Translations under genes and position numbers: made by a program | The notes under the pieces: generated by a model | Database searches by the model: none | The model's input: the letters and a program-made list of their open reading frames with translations, nothing else | What the model was told of the DNA's origin: nothing | NCBI GenBank assembly: GCA_026128965.1 | Contig: JAHCIY010000002.1 | Coordinates: forward strand, 1,808,468 to 1,872,467 | DNA length: 64,000 nt | Source of the DNA: Labilithrix sp. | GTDB taxonomy: Bacteria > Myxococcota_A > Polyangia > Polyangiales > Polyangiaceae | Reading direction: 5' to 3' | Part shown: one piece after another, positions 1-8,971 of the stretch | Position numbering within the stretch: the stretch's first letter is position 1 | Layout: every line of letters starts with the position of its first letter

Positions 1-513
1 GCGCCCGGCGGACGGACGCCACGCGCGCCCCGCCCACGTGAACCCGTCGCGCGAGACCTCGAAGAGGGCGCCCTTGTTCAGCGCGGCCGGCGTGCGCACG
101 ACCCGCTCGAGCCAGAACCCGCCGCGCCCTCCGCCGCCGATCTCGAGGTCGCCTTCGATCCATCCGCGCGAGGTGCGCGGCAGCCCTTCGAGCAGCGCGG
201 GCTCGATCGTCGCGGTGCGAGGCGCGCGCGGATCGGCCGCGAGCGCCTGCGCGGTGGGGCGGACGAGCGCGATGGCCTGCGCGGCGCGTGCCGTCTGCTT
301 GCCGGTCCACGCGCCGGCCTCGTCGAGCCCGTAGGTCCCGACCACGAGCACCGTCTCGCGGCCGGCCGCGTGCGCGCGGAGCTTCGGGCAGTTGCCTTCG
401 ATCGCGACGGAGAACGCGGAGGTCGGCGCGGGCGCGGCGGCGGGAGTCCCACCTCGGCACGCCGCCACGCACAACGACGTCAGGAGCCCAAGACGGCGCA
501 CGAGTCCCGTCAT
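1..513 (-). CDS. hypothetical lipoprotein, partial; the 5' end is at 513 and the ORF runs off the window start
   Basis: Reverse-strand reading from ATG (rc of cat at 511-513) gives MTGLVRRLGLLTSLCVAAC..., a signal peptide plus lipobox. Composition is protein-like. It is open-ended, so it is absent from the ORF track. Confidence 0.4.
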   Translation of the reverse strand, partial: MTGLVRRLGLLTSLCVAACRGGTPAAAPAPTSAFSVAIEGNCPKLRAHAAGRETVLVVGTYGLDEAGAWTGKQTARAAQAIALVRPTAQALAADPRAPRTATIEPALLEGLPRTSRGWIEGDLEIGGGGRGGFWLERVVRTPAALNKGALFEVSRDGFTWAGRAWRPSAGR

Positions 514-577
514 TCCGACTGCTACGGACGAAGAAACCGTTCGCTCTATTCGGAGGTAGGGCGGATAGAGTGTTGCG

Positions 578-1222
578 ATGAGCGACGAGAGCGACCTCCG
601 CATCAACACGCTTCATCGCTTCGAGAAGCACTCGCCGCGGCTCACGCTGCAGGAGTACTCCCACTGCGAGGTGCCCGCGGGATGCGGCGGCGTCGTGCTC
701 CGCTGGATCGATCCGCGGCTCGGTCCCTCCGCGCGGGTGCGCGTCGTCGCGATCGGCGCCGTCGACACGTGGCTCGACGGCGTCCTGCTCGGTGGTGATC
801 GCGCGCCGCTCGGGCCCGGTCGTCACGTCGTCGCGCTTCGCCTCCGCAGCCTCGGGCGGATGCCGTGGCGCGGGCGCGATCTCGACCTCGCGCCGCCGGT
901 GCCCGTCGCGATCGGCGTCTATCCCGATCGCGGACCTGGCGACCGCGCCGACAACATGCTGCCGATCGCGTCCGGCGTCGTACAGAGGTGGCATCCGGGG
1001 CCGCTCGCGTCGCCGCCGATCGCGCCGGACTTCGACGATCGCTCCTGGCGCGCGGTCGCGCACGCGGACGACGCCGCGCTCGCGTCGCTCCCCGCCGACG
1101 TGCGGCGGCCGTTCGAGCGGCTCGCCGCCGACGGGCTCACGATGCTCGCGCTCGGTGACGCCGGCGCGCCGCTCGACGAAGCGTGGGTCCGGATCTCGTT
1201 CGCGGCGCGGGAGGAGCGATGA
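578..1222 (+). CDS. hypothetical protein (214 aa), first gene of the radical-SAM/FGE operon
   Basis: ATG at 578. The stop overlaps the next start (ATGA at 1219-1222). No recognisable domain. Confidence 0.6.
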   Translation: MSDESDLRINTLHRFEKHSPRLTLQEYSHCEVPAGCGGVVLRWIDPRLGPSARVRVVAIGAVDTWLDGVLLGGDRAPLGPGRHVVALRLRSLGRMPWRGRDLDLAPPVPVAIGVYPDRGPGDRADNMLPIASGVVQRWHPGPLASPPIAPDFDDRSWRAVAHADDAALASLPADVRRPFERLAADGLTMLALGDAGAPLDEAWVRISFAAREER

Positions 1223-2493
1223 CGCGGCCCGCGCTCGTCCTCGTCCCGCAGCACTTCGGGAGCCTCGTCTTCGATCGCCGCACGTCGCGCTACCTCCCGT
1301 TCGATCACGAGACGACCGCGCTCTTCCGCCGCGCGGCCGCGGTCGGGACCTTCGCCGCGATCGAAGAAGAGGAGGACGCGGCGCGGCGCGCGCTCGTCGC
1401 GGACCTCTTCGCGCACTTCGAGGCGGAGGGCTTCTTCCTCCCCGACGGGCGGTTCGCGGGCGAGGTGCGCGCGCCGCACGCCGCGCCGCCGGTCGATCAC
1501 CTCCTCGGGCCGCTCGCGCTCCACCTCGAGGTCATCGCCGCGTGCAACCTGCGCTGCACGCACTGCTTCGCCGGTGCGCTGCCGCGGAAGGCGGACCTCT
1601 CGCTCGCGGAGATCGATCGGCTGTTCGCGGAGCTCGCCGCGCTCGGCACGTTCCGGATCGGGCTCACCGGCGGCGAGCCGCTCCTGCGGAAGGACCTCTT
1701 CGCGATCGTCGACGCCGCGCTCGCGCACGGGCTCCATCCGTGCCTCACGACCAACGGCCTCCTCGTCGACGAAGCGGTCGCGCGATCGTTCTCCGAGCGC
1801 GCGATGGCGTGGGTCAACGTCAGCCTCGACGGCGCGACCGCGGCGACGAACGACGCCGTGCGCGGCGCGGGCACGTTCGACGAGGTCACGCGCCGGCTCC
1901 GCGCGTACGGGCGGCACTTTCGCTTCACCCTCGCGTTCACGATCACGAGCGAGAACGCGGGCGAGGTCGTCGCCTGTGCGGAGCTCGCGCGCGAGCTCGG
2001 GGCGAGCAACGCCGTGTTCCGCCCGCTCTACCCCGTCGGCGTCGCGCGCTCGCGGCCGGACCTCATGCCGACGTTCGAAGAGTACACGCGCGCGCTCGAC
2101 GAGCTCGCGCGGCTCGGTCACGACGTCCACGCGATCGACACGTTCGCGCCGAGCGCGCGCGCCGACGCGCAGGCGAAGACGTTCAGCCCGCCGGGCTGCG
2201 GCGCGGCGAACCTCGTCGCGAGCGTGTCGGCGACGGGCGACGTGAACCCGTGCAGCTTCCTCGGCGCCGCGTTCGAGAGCGGCAACCTCCGCGCGCGATC
2301 GTTCTCCGAGATCTGGCGCGCGGGTCACGCGTTCCGTCGCCTCCGCGCCGCGCAGCCGGGGCCGGATCGCTTCTTCACCGGGTGCCGCGCGCGCTCGCTC
2401 GCCGCGTACGGCGACGTCGACGCTCCCGATCCGTGGGACCGCACGCGCGCGCGGCCGCCGCTCGCGACGATGCACCTGCCGGTGCTGCGATGA
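1219..2493 (+). CDS. radical SAM enzyme with C-terminal SPASM/twitch-like Cys region and N-terminal PqqD/RRE-like segment
   Basis: The CNLRCTHC motif is the CX3CX2C radical SAM signature; GLTGGEPLL is also present. C-terminal cysteines sit in GCGAAN, NPCSF and TGCRA contexts. The N-terminus VLVPQHFGSLVFDRRTSRYLPFDHETTALF resembles the PqqD-like RiPP recognition element. GGGAGGAG Shine-Dalgarno upstream; ATGA overlaps on both sides. Confidence 0.85.
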   Translation: MTRPALVLVPQHFGSLVFDRRTSRYLPFDHETTALFRRAAAVGTFAAIEEEEDAARRALVADLFAHFEAEGFFLPDGRFAGEVRAPHAAPPVDHLLGPLALHLEVIAACNLRCTHCFAGALPRKADLSLAEIDRLFAELAALGTFRIGLTGGEPLLRKDLFAIVDAALAHGLHPCLTTNGLLVDEAVARSFSERAMAWVNVSLDGATAATNDAVRGAGTFDEVTRRLRAYGRHFRFTLAFTITSENAGEVVACAELARELGASNAVFRPLYPVGVARSRPDLMPTFEEYTRALDELARLGHDVHAIDTFAPSARADAQAKTFSPPGCGAANLVASVSATGDVNPCSFLGAAFESGNLRARSFSEIWRAGHAFRRLRAAQPGPDRFFTGCRARSLAAYGDVDAPDPWDRTRARPPLATMHLPVLR

Positions 2494-3566
2494 GCTTCGA
2501 TCCCGAGTCCATCCTCGCGGCGGGAGGTCCCGGCTCGATCGACGAAGGCGAGCGCTGCCTCGTCGCGGCGGACTGGTTCCTGAGCCGCGGCGAGCGCGCC
2601 CTCGCCGCGTCGGCGCTCGATCGCGCGTACGGTCTCCTCCCGAACGACGAAGGCGTCGCGCGCCAGCGCCGCGCGGTCCTCGACGAGCTCGCGATCGACG
2701 AGCACGGCCTCCGCTTCCGCTACGTCCCCGCCGGCACGTTCCTCATGGGCTCGGCGACGGGCGATCCGGACGAGCGGCCGGTCCATCGCCGTCGCGTCGC
2801 CGCGTTCTGGATCACGGACGTGCCGCTGACGTGGGCGGCGTACTGCGCGTTGCTCGGCTGGAGCCCGCCGCCGGACGGTTCTCCTTCGGACGACGATCCG
2901 TCGCTCCAGCAAGAAGACGACGAAGGTTTCGTGCGTCCGGCGTTCATGCTCCGCGAGCTCGGGAAGATCCGCCTCCAGTACTGCGAAGGCGACACGCCCA
3001 CCGCGTTCGACTGGCGCTACCACTACGAGCGCGCAGAAGAGGACCCGCCCACGTACGACCGGAAGCCGCTCGTCGCGATCAGCGCATACGACGCGGAGGA
3101 GCTCGCGGCGGCGCTCTCGCGGCGGAGCACGGATGCGAGCTACCGCCTGCCCACCGAGGCGGAGTGGGAGAAGGCCGCGCGCGGAGGTCTGCTCGGTCGC
3201 CGCTGGTCATGGGGCGACGAGGCGCCGACGCGCGAGCGCTGCGACTTCGATCGGTTCGGCGCGTTCCACCTCACCGATCCGCGCGCGTATCCGCCGAACG
3301 GCTACGGCCTCCACGCGATGTGCGGCGGCGTCGCGGAGTGGACCGCCGATCGCTACGACGCGCTCGCGTACCACCGCGCGGCGCGAGGCGAGCCGCCCGA
3401 TCCCGACGCGCCCGCGAGGCGCGTCGTTCGCGGCGGCTCGTGGGCCGACTGCGCCGACGCGGTGACGGTCTCGTTCCGCGCCGCGCGGGAGCAAGGATCG
3501 TGGCGGCATCCGGACGTCCACGCGTGGGGCGCCCCCAACATCGGGTTCCGCCTCGTGCGTCGGTGA
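2490..3566 (+). CDS. FGE-sulfatase (SUMF1/EgtB/PvdO) domain protein
   Basis: Motifs FRYVPAGTFLMGS, DERPVHRRRV, RLPTEAEWEKAARGG, GGVAEWT, RGGSW and NIGFRLV match the formylglycine-generating-enzyme fold. The ATG overlaps the upstream stop (ATGA at 2490-2493). Confidence 0.85.
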   Translation: MSFDPESILAAGGPGSIDEGERCLVAADWFLSRGERALAASALDRAYGLLPNDEGVARQRRAVLDELAIDEHGLRFRYVPAGTFLMGSATGDPDERPVHRRRVAAFWITDVPLTWAAYCALLGWSPPPDGSPSDDDPSLQQEDDEGFVRPAFMLRELGKIRLQYCEGDTPTAFDWRYHYERAEEDPPTYDRKPLVAISAYDAEELAAALSRRSTDASYRLPTEAEWEKAARGGLLGRRWSWGDEAPTRERCDFDRFGAFHLTDPRAYPPNGYGLHAMCGGVAEWTADRYDALAYHRAARGEPPDPDAPARRVVRGGSWADCADAVTVSFRAAREQGSWRHPDVHAWGAPNIGFRLVRR

Positions 3567-3571
3567 CGCGC

Positions 3572-4483
3572 TCAGGGGCTCGCGGCGCCGATCTCGATGC
3601 GAGAGACGTCGACGTCGACGTCCGCGTCCCCGTTCTCCGGTGCGGCGAGGCGCGAGGAGATGCAGGTCTGCTGCACCTGGACCCTGATCGGGGCCTTGAG
3701 CGTGGCGCGGCGGGACGGCGTCTCCGGATCGAGGGTGACCGACTGGCCGGCGGCGTCGACGATCGACGCGCGCGAGCACGCGTTGCCGTTGGTGAAGTTC
3801 TTGAAGAAGGTCGCGCCGACGGTGAGCGTGACCGGCGCGTTCGGCAGCTCGGGCGCGATCGTCTTGAGGAGCGTCAGGCCGGTGCCGGCGTACTTGCTCG
3901 CGAGCCCGGGCGTCGACGTCGTCTTCGTCACCTCGACGGAGGTGGCGCTGAACACGACCTCGCCGGCGTAGTACGGGTTGCTCGAGCCGATGACCTTGAT
4001 CGGGGTCGGGAGGCGCTCGTAGCGCGTGCGCGTGGTCGAGAGCGGGTAGCTCGCGCCGCTGCCGTCGACGAGCGTGGCCGCCATGTTGTACCCGTTGCCG
4101 CCCTGCACCTGGACGTCGAACGACGCGAAGCCCTCCCACGTGTCGACGCCCCACTGCTCGAGCGTCCGGTTGGACGCGTGGGTGGGGATCGCGACGCGAC
4201 GGTTGCCGACCGGCACGACGGAGGGCCGCGGCGGCGCGGGGGGCGAGCACACGGAGTCGTCGTGGATCGCGCTCGCCTCGACCGTCTGCGTGAAGTCGGG
4301 CGCCCCGTCGCGCCCGCGGCAGAACACGTCGAAGCGCCCGTCCGGCCTCTGCACGATCGAGACGACGTCCGAGAGCGACGCCTGCTCGCCGGAGCCGACC
4401 TCCTCGCTGGTGGGAGCGGAACAAGCAACCAACGCAACGCCGAGCGCCGCAAGAAGAGAGGTGCGCATAAGGAACACGCGCAC
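3572..4483 (-). CDS. hypothetical lipoprotein
   Basis: N-terminus MRTSLLAALGVALVACS is a signal peptide plus lipobox. Convergent with the upstream operon. Confidence 0.7.
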   Translation of the reverse strand: MRVFLMRTSLLAALGVALVACSAPTSEEVGSGEQASLSDVVSIVQRPDGRFDVFCRGRDGAPDFTQTVEASAIHDDSVCSPPAPPRPSVVPVGNRRVAIPTHASNRTLEQWGVDTWEGFASFDVQVQGGNGYNMAATLVDGSGASYPLSTTRTRYERLPTPIKVIGSSNPYYAGEVVFSATSVEVTKTTSTPGLASKYAGTGLTLLKTIAPELPNAPVTLTVGATFFKNFTNGNACSRASIVDAAGQSVTLDPETPSRRATLKAPIRVQVQQTCISSRLAAPENGDADVDVDVSRIEIGAASP

Positions 4484-4645
4484 CCTTTAGCGCGAAGCGA
4501 CGACGCGTCAACGCGATCCGAGGCCGAAACGCCGCTCGAAAATCTTCCCTGCAAAATGATCGCGCCCGCATTTTCCGCGCTACCGCGCCATCGCGGACGC
4601 TCTTCGTGAGGTCGCGCATCGCCTCCCGTGAAATGCGTCGAAAGG

Positions 4646-5101
4646 TTAGCGCAAGCCGGCGCACGCGGCGCCGAGCTCCGGGTGTGCGGCGCAGTCGTCG
4701 TGGAGGATGCAGCCGGTCGTGCCGGCGAGCCACGCGACGGCGAGGTCGATCTCGCCGCGCACCTTGCCGATGGTCGGGAGCGACTCCTTCTCCCAGCCGC
4801 GGCCCGCGCGGCCGTGGCGGATGACGAGCGCCTGGCGCGGGCTCGGCGTCGCGAGGTCGGCGCGGCGCGCGCCGCGTGGGACCGTCGCGGTGAAGTACAT
4901 GTCGTCCCAGCCGCGCACGACGAGGCGGAGGCCGGACAAAAGCGCCGAGGCCGCGACGCCGCCGGTCCGCGCGTGCGCATACCACGCGACCGCGCGCACG
5001 AGGCGCTCGCGCGGCGCACGGGCGAACGTCCGCGCGACCACCCCGCCCGGCGGCGCTTGCCCAACGAGATGGAAGAGACGTGCGACGAGCGGCGCGCTCA
5101 T
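4646..5101 (-). CDS. hypothetical protein
   Basis: Protein-like composition. The start ATG is adjacent to the stop of a small upstream ORF (tcATGAgcgctca). Confidence 0.45.
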   Translation of the reverse strand: MSAPLVARLFHLVGQAPPGGVVARTFARAPRERLVRAVAWYAHARTGGVAASALLSGLRLVVRGWDDMYFTATVPRGARRADLATPSPRQALVIRHGRAGRGWEKESLPTIGKVRGEIDLAVAWLAGTTGCILHDDCAAHPELGAACAGLR

Positions 5102-5107
5102 GAGCGC

Positions 5108-5416
5108 TCACGCGGCCTCGACGCCGTACACCGTGCCGTCGTCGACCCTCGCGGTCACGGCTTCGTCTTTCCACTCGGCGCGCAGCGTGGTCCCGTCTTC
5201 GCGGAGCTCGCCGCCGCGGTGCGCGACGTAAGCCGCGAACGCGTATCGCTGTGTGCCGGCGTCGGCGCAAAAGGGCCCCAGAAGCGGCCGCGCAAGCGGG
5301 CGCGAAGCGCCCCGAGTCTTCGAGGGCCGTGTCTGGGGTGGGGGTGTCGGGGGCGAAGCCCCTGACGATGACAAGACATCATAGCTCGAATGGTCCCACG
5401 TCCGCGGGCACGCCAC
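5108..5416 (-). CDS. small hypothetical protein; start uncertain
   Basis: Short ORF ending 7 nt upstream of the 4646-5101 gene start. Only the C-terminal roughly 50 aa look protein-like. Confidence 0.2.
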   Translation of the reverse strand: MACPRTWDHSSYDVLSSSGASPPTPPPQTRPSKTRGASRPLARPLLGPFCADAGTQRYAFAAYVAHRGGELREDGTTLRAEWKDEAVTARVDDGTVYGVEAA

Positions 5417-6911
5417 GAGGCTTGCCGGCGCGATCGAGCATCACGGAGGGGAGGCGCGGCGCGATGTCGAGGAAGGGCGCGCCGGGCTTCGGCTGGAAGT
5501 CCGTCACCGTGCTCGGCAGGCCGGTCGGCAGCCGCGTGAACCAAGCCGGGTCGAGGTCCGGGCGCGCGAGCTCGCTCACGCCAGGGCCGCGCCGGCCGTC
5601 GAACCGGCCCGCGAGGTAGACGTTGTGCTCGTAGACGTTGTTCGTCACCGTGTTGTCCGTCTCGAGCCACGTCGCGGTCGGGCGCGCGCTCACGCGGTCG
5701 CCGCTGACGGTCATTCCGACGAACAGGTTGTTGCGGACGTCGCAGGAATCCGAATTGGCGACGAACTGCAGCATGTGCCTGTCGTTCGTAGACGCAAATA
5801 GGTTGTGATAAACGCGATTGTGGTGCGACCCGAGCCGCGGGTTGAATCGCCTTTTGTCGGCCGGGTCCGCCGCCTCGCTCCAGAAACTGACGCCGTGTCG
5901 GCCCCACGACGCAAATACGTTGTTGCGCACCATGCTGTAACGCACGGACGTGAAATTCGAGCCCTGCGCGTCGCCGTGGTGGAAATAGTTATTTTCGACG
6001 AGGAAGAAGTCCGACGCGCCGCGGCCGCCGTCGCCGGTCCCTGCGACGGCGTCGCAGTCTTCCGTCCGGAAGTCGCCGTCGCAGGTCGACGCAGGGTCGG
6101 CGTTGATCTGGAACGTCGCGCCCATGTTGTCGAACAGGTCGTTGTTCCGGACGATGTTCAGGTCGCTCCCGTTCGAGAGGTAAATGCCATGTCCGTCGTC
6201 CTCGCCCGAGTTGCTGACGACGTTGTCCTCGAATACCGACCAATCCACCGCGCCGGTGAGGACGCCGTCGAAGCCCTGCCCGTCGAGCCGGCAATGGAGC
6301 ACCGCGATCCCCCACGTGTGCTGGCTCGCGGCGTAGTCGCCGCCGACGGCGCGCACGCCGTAGCGCCCGCCGCGGAGCTCGAAGCCGTCGACCGCGACGT
6401 AGCTCGTGCCCTCGAAGTTGAAGCAGCTCGCGCGACCGTGGCCGCAGCACTGCATGCGAACGCCGCGCGACCCGTCGGGGTTCTTCTCGGCGTAGAGGAC
6501 GATCGGCGCGTCGTACGTGCCGTCCTTGCCGACCTCGAAGCAGCCTTGGTACGTCCCGCGCTGGAACACGACGCGCGTCCCGGGCGCGGCCTTCGACAGG
6601 CCCTCCCGCACCGACGCCGGCGACGACGGGCTCGCGCCGTTGCCGTTGCCGGTGGGGCTCACGTAGACGACCGTCGCTGGCGTGTAGTCGGGATCGGTGT
6701 AGTGCCGATTGAATTGCTCGTTGAACCCGGCGAAGGGCTGCTTGCGCCGCACCGCCGGCTTGTTCGGCGGCATCGTCTGCGCCATCGCGTCGTCGCGCCG
6801 ATCGAAGGCCACGAGCGGATCGAAGCTGACCCGCGGCGCCGATCCCGCGCCCGGACAGCCCGCCAGCGCCAGCGCGAGGATCGCGGCGCCGAGCAGGCCG
6901 TCCTTCGTCAT
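5379..6911 (-). CDS. lipoprotein with right-handed parallel beta-helix repeats (pectate-lyase-like fold)
   Basis: N-terminus MTKDGLLGAAILALALAGC is a lipobox. Repeated NNxxxN/VRNN/NNVF motifs are typical of PbH1 beta-helix repeats. Confidence 0.75.
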   Translation of the reverse strand: MTKDGLLGAAILALALAGCPGAGSAPRVSFDPLVAFDRRDDAMAQTMPPNKPAVRRKQPFAGFNEQFNRHYTDPDYTPATVVYVSPTGNGNGASPSSPASVREGLSKAAPGTRVVFQRGTYQGCFEVGKDGTYDAPIVLYAEKNPDGSRGVRMQCCGHGRASCFNFEGTSYVAVDGFELRGGRYGVRAVGGDYAASQHTWGIAVLHCRLDGQGFDGVLTGAVDWSVFEDNVVSNSGEDDGHGIYLSNGSDLNIVRNNDLFDNMGATFQINADPASTCDGDFRTEDCDAVAGTGDGGRGASDFFLVENNYFHHGDAQGSNFTSVRYSMVRNNVFASWGRHGVSFWSEAADPADKRRFNPRLGSHHNRVYHNLFASTNDRHMLQFVANSDSCDVRNNLFVGMTVSGDRVSARPTATWLETDNTVTNNVYEHNVYLAGRFDGRRGPGVSELARPDLDPAWFTRLPTGLPSTVTDFQPKPGAPFLDIAPRLPSVMLDRAGKPRGVPADVGPFEL

Positions 6912-6977
6912 GCGATCAACCTACCACCGGAGGGTCGGAGGCTGCCCGCAAGCTCGTGTCTTCGCGCGTCGGAAGAC

Positions 6978-7700
6978 TCAGCGAACAGGGATGCTGCAGA
7001 CGACGGTGCAGTCGGAGCAGGTCGACGTGCGTCCGTTGCGATCGAGGCACGCGTCGGTAACGGCGTCGGCGATCGCGGGGCAAGCCATGTCGTTCGCGAG
7101 CGAGCGGCACTGCGTGAAGCCGGAGAAGGTGTAGCCAGAGATCACGCTGCTGCCACCACCACCGCCGCCTCCACCACCACCGCCTCCACCACCACCGCCG
7201 CCTCCACCTCCTCCTCCGCCGTTGAGCGAGTCGGACTGCTCGAACGCGATCTCGCAGGGGCCGCCGACGAACCCGAAGAGGCCGATCTCGCGGACGGTCG
7301 CGCCGTCGCCGTTGTTGATCGAGTAGTAGGACGCGATCCTGGAGCCGGGCTCGAGCTGTGGGCCGCGAACGAGGACCGCGGTGATCGGGAGGCGCTGTCC
7401 GGTGACGAGCGACGTGCCGTAGAGGGACATCTGCGTGAGCTGCGCGTTGCACGCGGCCGGCCAGGACATCTTCATGTAGCGACCGCGCACGGGCCGAAGC
7501 GCGCGATGCGGCGTCGCGAGCGTGTTCACGTAGCCGAAGCCGGGCACGCTGATGTTGACGATGTTCTGCCAGCCGGTGAGCGCCTGGTCCGACGTCTCCG
7601 CGACGTCCTCCTCCTCTTCGGAGGGCGCCGCGCAACCCGCGGCCGCAAAGGCACCAAGCACGACCGAAGCGAGGACGAAATATGAGGTCATTTTGAACAC
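6978..7700 (-). CDS. lipoprotein with 23-residue poly-Gly linker and Cys-rich C-terminal domain
   Basis: Signal peptide and lipobox (LGAFAAAGC). The Gly run is encoded by a GGN repeat at about 7150-7220. The C-terminus has 7 Cys. Confidence 0.7.
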   Translation of the reverse strand: MFKMTSYFVLASVVLGAFAAAGCAAPSEEEEDVAETSDQALTGWQNIVNISVPGFGYVNTLATPHRALRPVRGRYMKMSWPAACNAQLTQMSLYGTSLVTGQRLPITAVLVRGPQLEPGSRIASYYSINNGDGATVREIGLFGFVGGPCEIAFEQSDSLNGGGGGGGGGGGGGGGGGGGGGGGSSVISGYTFSGFTQCRSLANDMACPAIADAVTDACLDRNGRTSTCSDCTVVCSIPVR

Positions 7701-7839
7701 TTGACGCCTCCCGATCGATTCATAAAAACGAACAAGTGTCTATGTAGCAACCACCTCCCCACATGCAAGGCAAGGTGGGAACATGTGCGCCAGTTTCAGA
7801 TTTTTTCAGGGAAGGTTCACACCAAGGCAGATCGCGTGG

Positions 7840-8860
7840 TGAGACGCGCGCGGTCGCGCGAGTCGCGAGTCGCGAGTCGCGAGTCGGTGCTTGCTCTCGC
7901 GGTCTCGCGGTCTCCGGTCCCCGCGGTCGCGCGAGTCGCGAGTCGCGAGTCGGTGCTTGCTCTCGCGGTCTCGCGGTCTCCGGTCCCTGCGGTCGCGCGA
8001 GTCGCGAGACGCGAGTCGGTGCTTGCTCTCGCGGTCTCCGGTCCCCGCGGTCGCGCGAGTCGCGAGTCGGGATCGCGAGACGCGAGACGATGCTCGGTCC
8101 CGCGGTCGCGAGACGCGAGACGGCGCTCGGTCCCGCGGTCGTGCGCTTCGCGAGACGCGAGACGGCGCTCGGTCCCGCGGTCGTGCGCTTCGCGGGTCGC
8201 GAGATGGTGCTCGGTCTCGCGGTCGTGCGCTTCGCGAGTCGCGAGACGCGAGATGGTGCGCGGTCGCGTGGATCGCGAGACGCGAGACGGCGCTCGGTCT
8301 CGCGGTCGTGCGCTTCGCGGGTCGCGAGATGGTGCTCGGTCTCGCGGTCGTGCGCTTCGCGAGTCGCGAGACGCGAGATGGTGCGCGGTCGCGTGGATCG
8401 CGAGTCGCGAGGTGGTGTTTGGTCCCCGCGGTCGCGCCGATCGCGAGTCGCGGGATGGTGTTCGGTCTCGGTGCCTCGAGGTCGCGCCGATCGCGAGGCG
8501 TGAGGTGCGAGGTGGTGTTTGGTCCCCTCGCTATCCGAACCCGAACGGCGCATTCGTACGCATGAGCGTTTGATATGGGCCTCGCACGGCCTCCGGCCTT
8601 TCGCTACGTCGTCGGTCAGGGGCGCTGGCGGCCTCTGCCTTTCGCTACGTCGTTCCGGGGGCGCGCCGATCGCGAGGCCGCAAGACGCGAGGCGGTGCTC
8701 GTCCCGCGGGCGCGCGGATCGCGAGGCGCGAGGCGCGAGGTGGTGTTGGTCTTGCGGTGATGCCGATCGCGAGTCGCGAGACGGTGCTCGTCTCGCGGTC
8801 ACGCCGCTCGTGTGGTGCGAGGCGTGGTCGGTCCCGCGGTCACGTACGCCCTCCGAGCGC
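7840..8860. repeat. complex tandem repeat array (minisatellite-like), TCGCGAG-rich
   Basis: Near-identical units of about 68-70 bp (cggtcgcgcgagtcgcgagtcgcgagtcggtgcttgctctcgcggtctcgcggtctccggtcccc) are repeated about 3.5 times. This is followed by 42-bp units and a 123-bp unit repeated almost perfectly twice (8189-8311, 8312-8420). ORFs 7701-8573(+) and 7720-8895(-) are repeat artefacts. Confidence 0.85.
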
Positions 8861-8971
8861 ACGTGGGCGTGAGGGCGCGCCCGCGACGAGGGCATAGCGA
8901 GCGGGGCGAGGCGGGCGTCGATCGCTACGCCGAAGCGTGAGCGGAAAAGCGTCTACGATCGGCTTCGGGCG

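Noticed and set aside
919-2475. 518-aa minus-strand ORF
   Set aside because: Antisense to the radical SAM gene. Arg/Glu/Ala-rich low-complexity composition typical of antisense frames at 70% GC.
792-3566. 924-aa plus-strand ORF spanning the operon
   Set aside because: Only its last 358 codons (from ATG 2490) are the FGE-domain gene. The N-terminal 566 aa are Arg/Ala/Gly-rich and lie out of frame with the real genes 578-1222 and 1219-2493, so they are a read-through artefact of high GC.
2490-3566. Calling the FGE-domain protein a sulfatase-maturating enzyme
   Set aside because: No sulfatase gene is present in the window, and FGE-fold proteins are heavily expanded in myxobacteria with diverse roles. 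Only the fold assignment is made.
3207-5270. 687-aa minus-strand ORF and the nested 3928-5064 ORF
   Set aside because: Antisense to and overlapping real genes. Arg-rich, no motifs.
4628-5365. 245-aa plus ORF opposite the 4646-5101 gene
   Set aside because: Glu/Arg/Asp/Ala-rich mirror-image composition. The minus-strand frame is more protein-like.
5805-7685. 626-aa plus-strand ORF
   Set aside because: Antisense to the beta-helix lipoprotein and poly-Gly lipoprotein genes. It contains a poly-Thr/Ala stretch that is the complement of the Gly codons.
7701-8895. ORFs 7701-8573(+), 7720-8895(-), 7763-8503(+) and 7891-8565(+) inside the repeat array. The array was also considered as a possible CRISPR array.
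   Set aside because: The translations are periodic, repeat-derived Arg/Ser/Ala peptides. The array has no unique spacers between repeats and no cas genes nearby, so it is not a CRISPR array.
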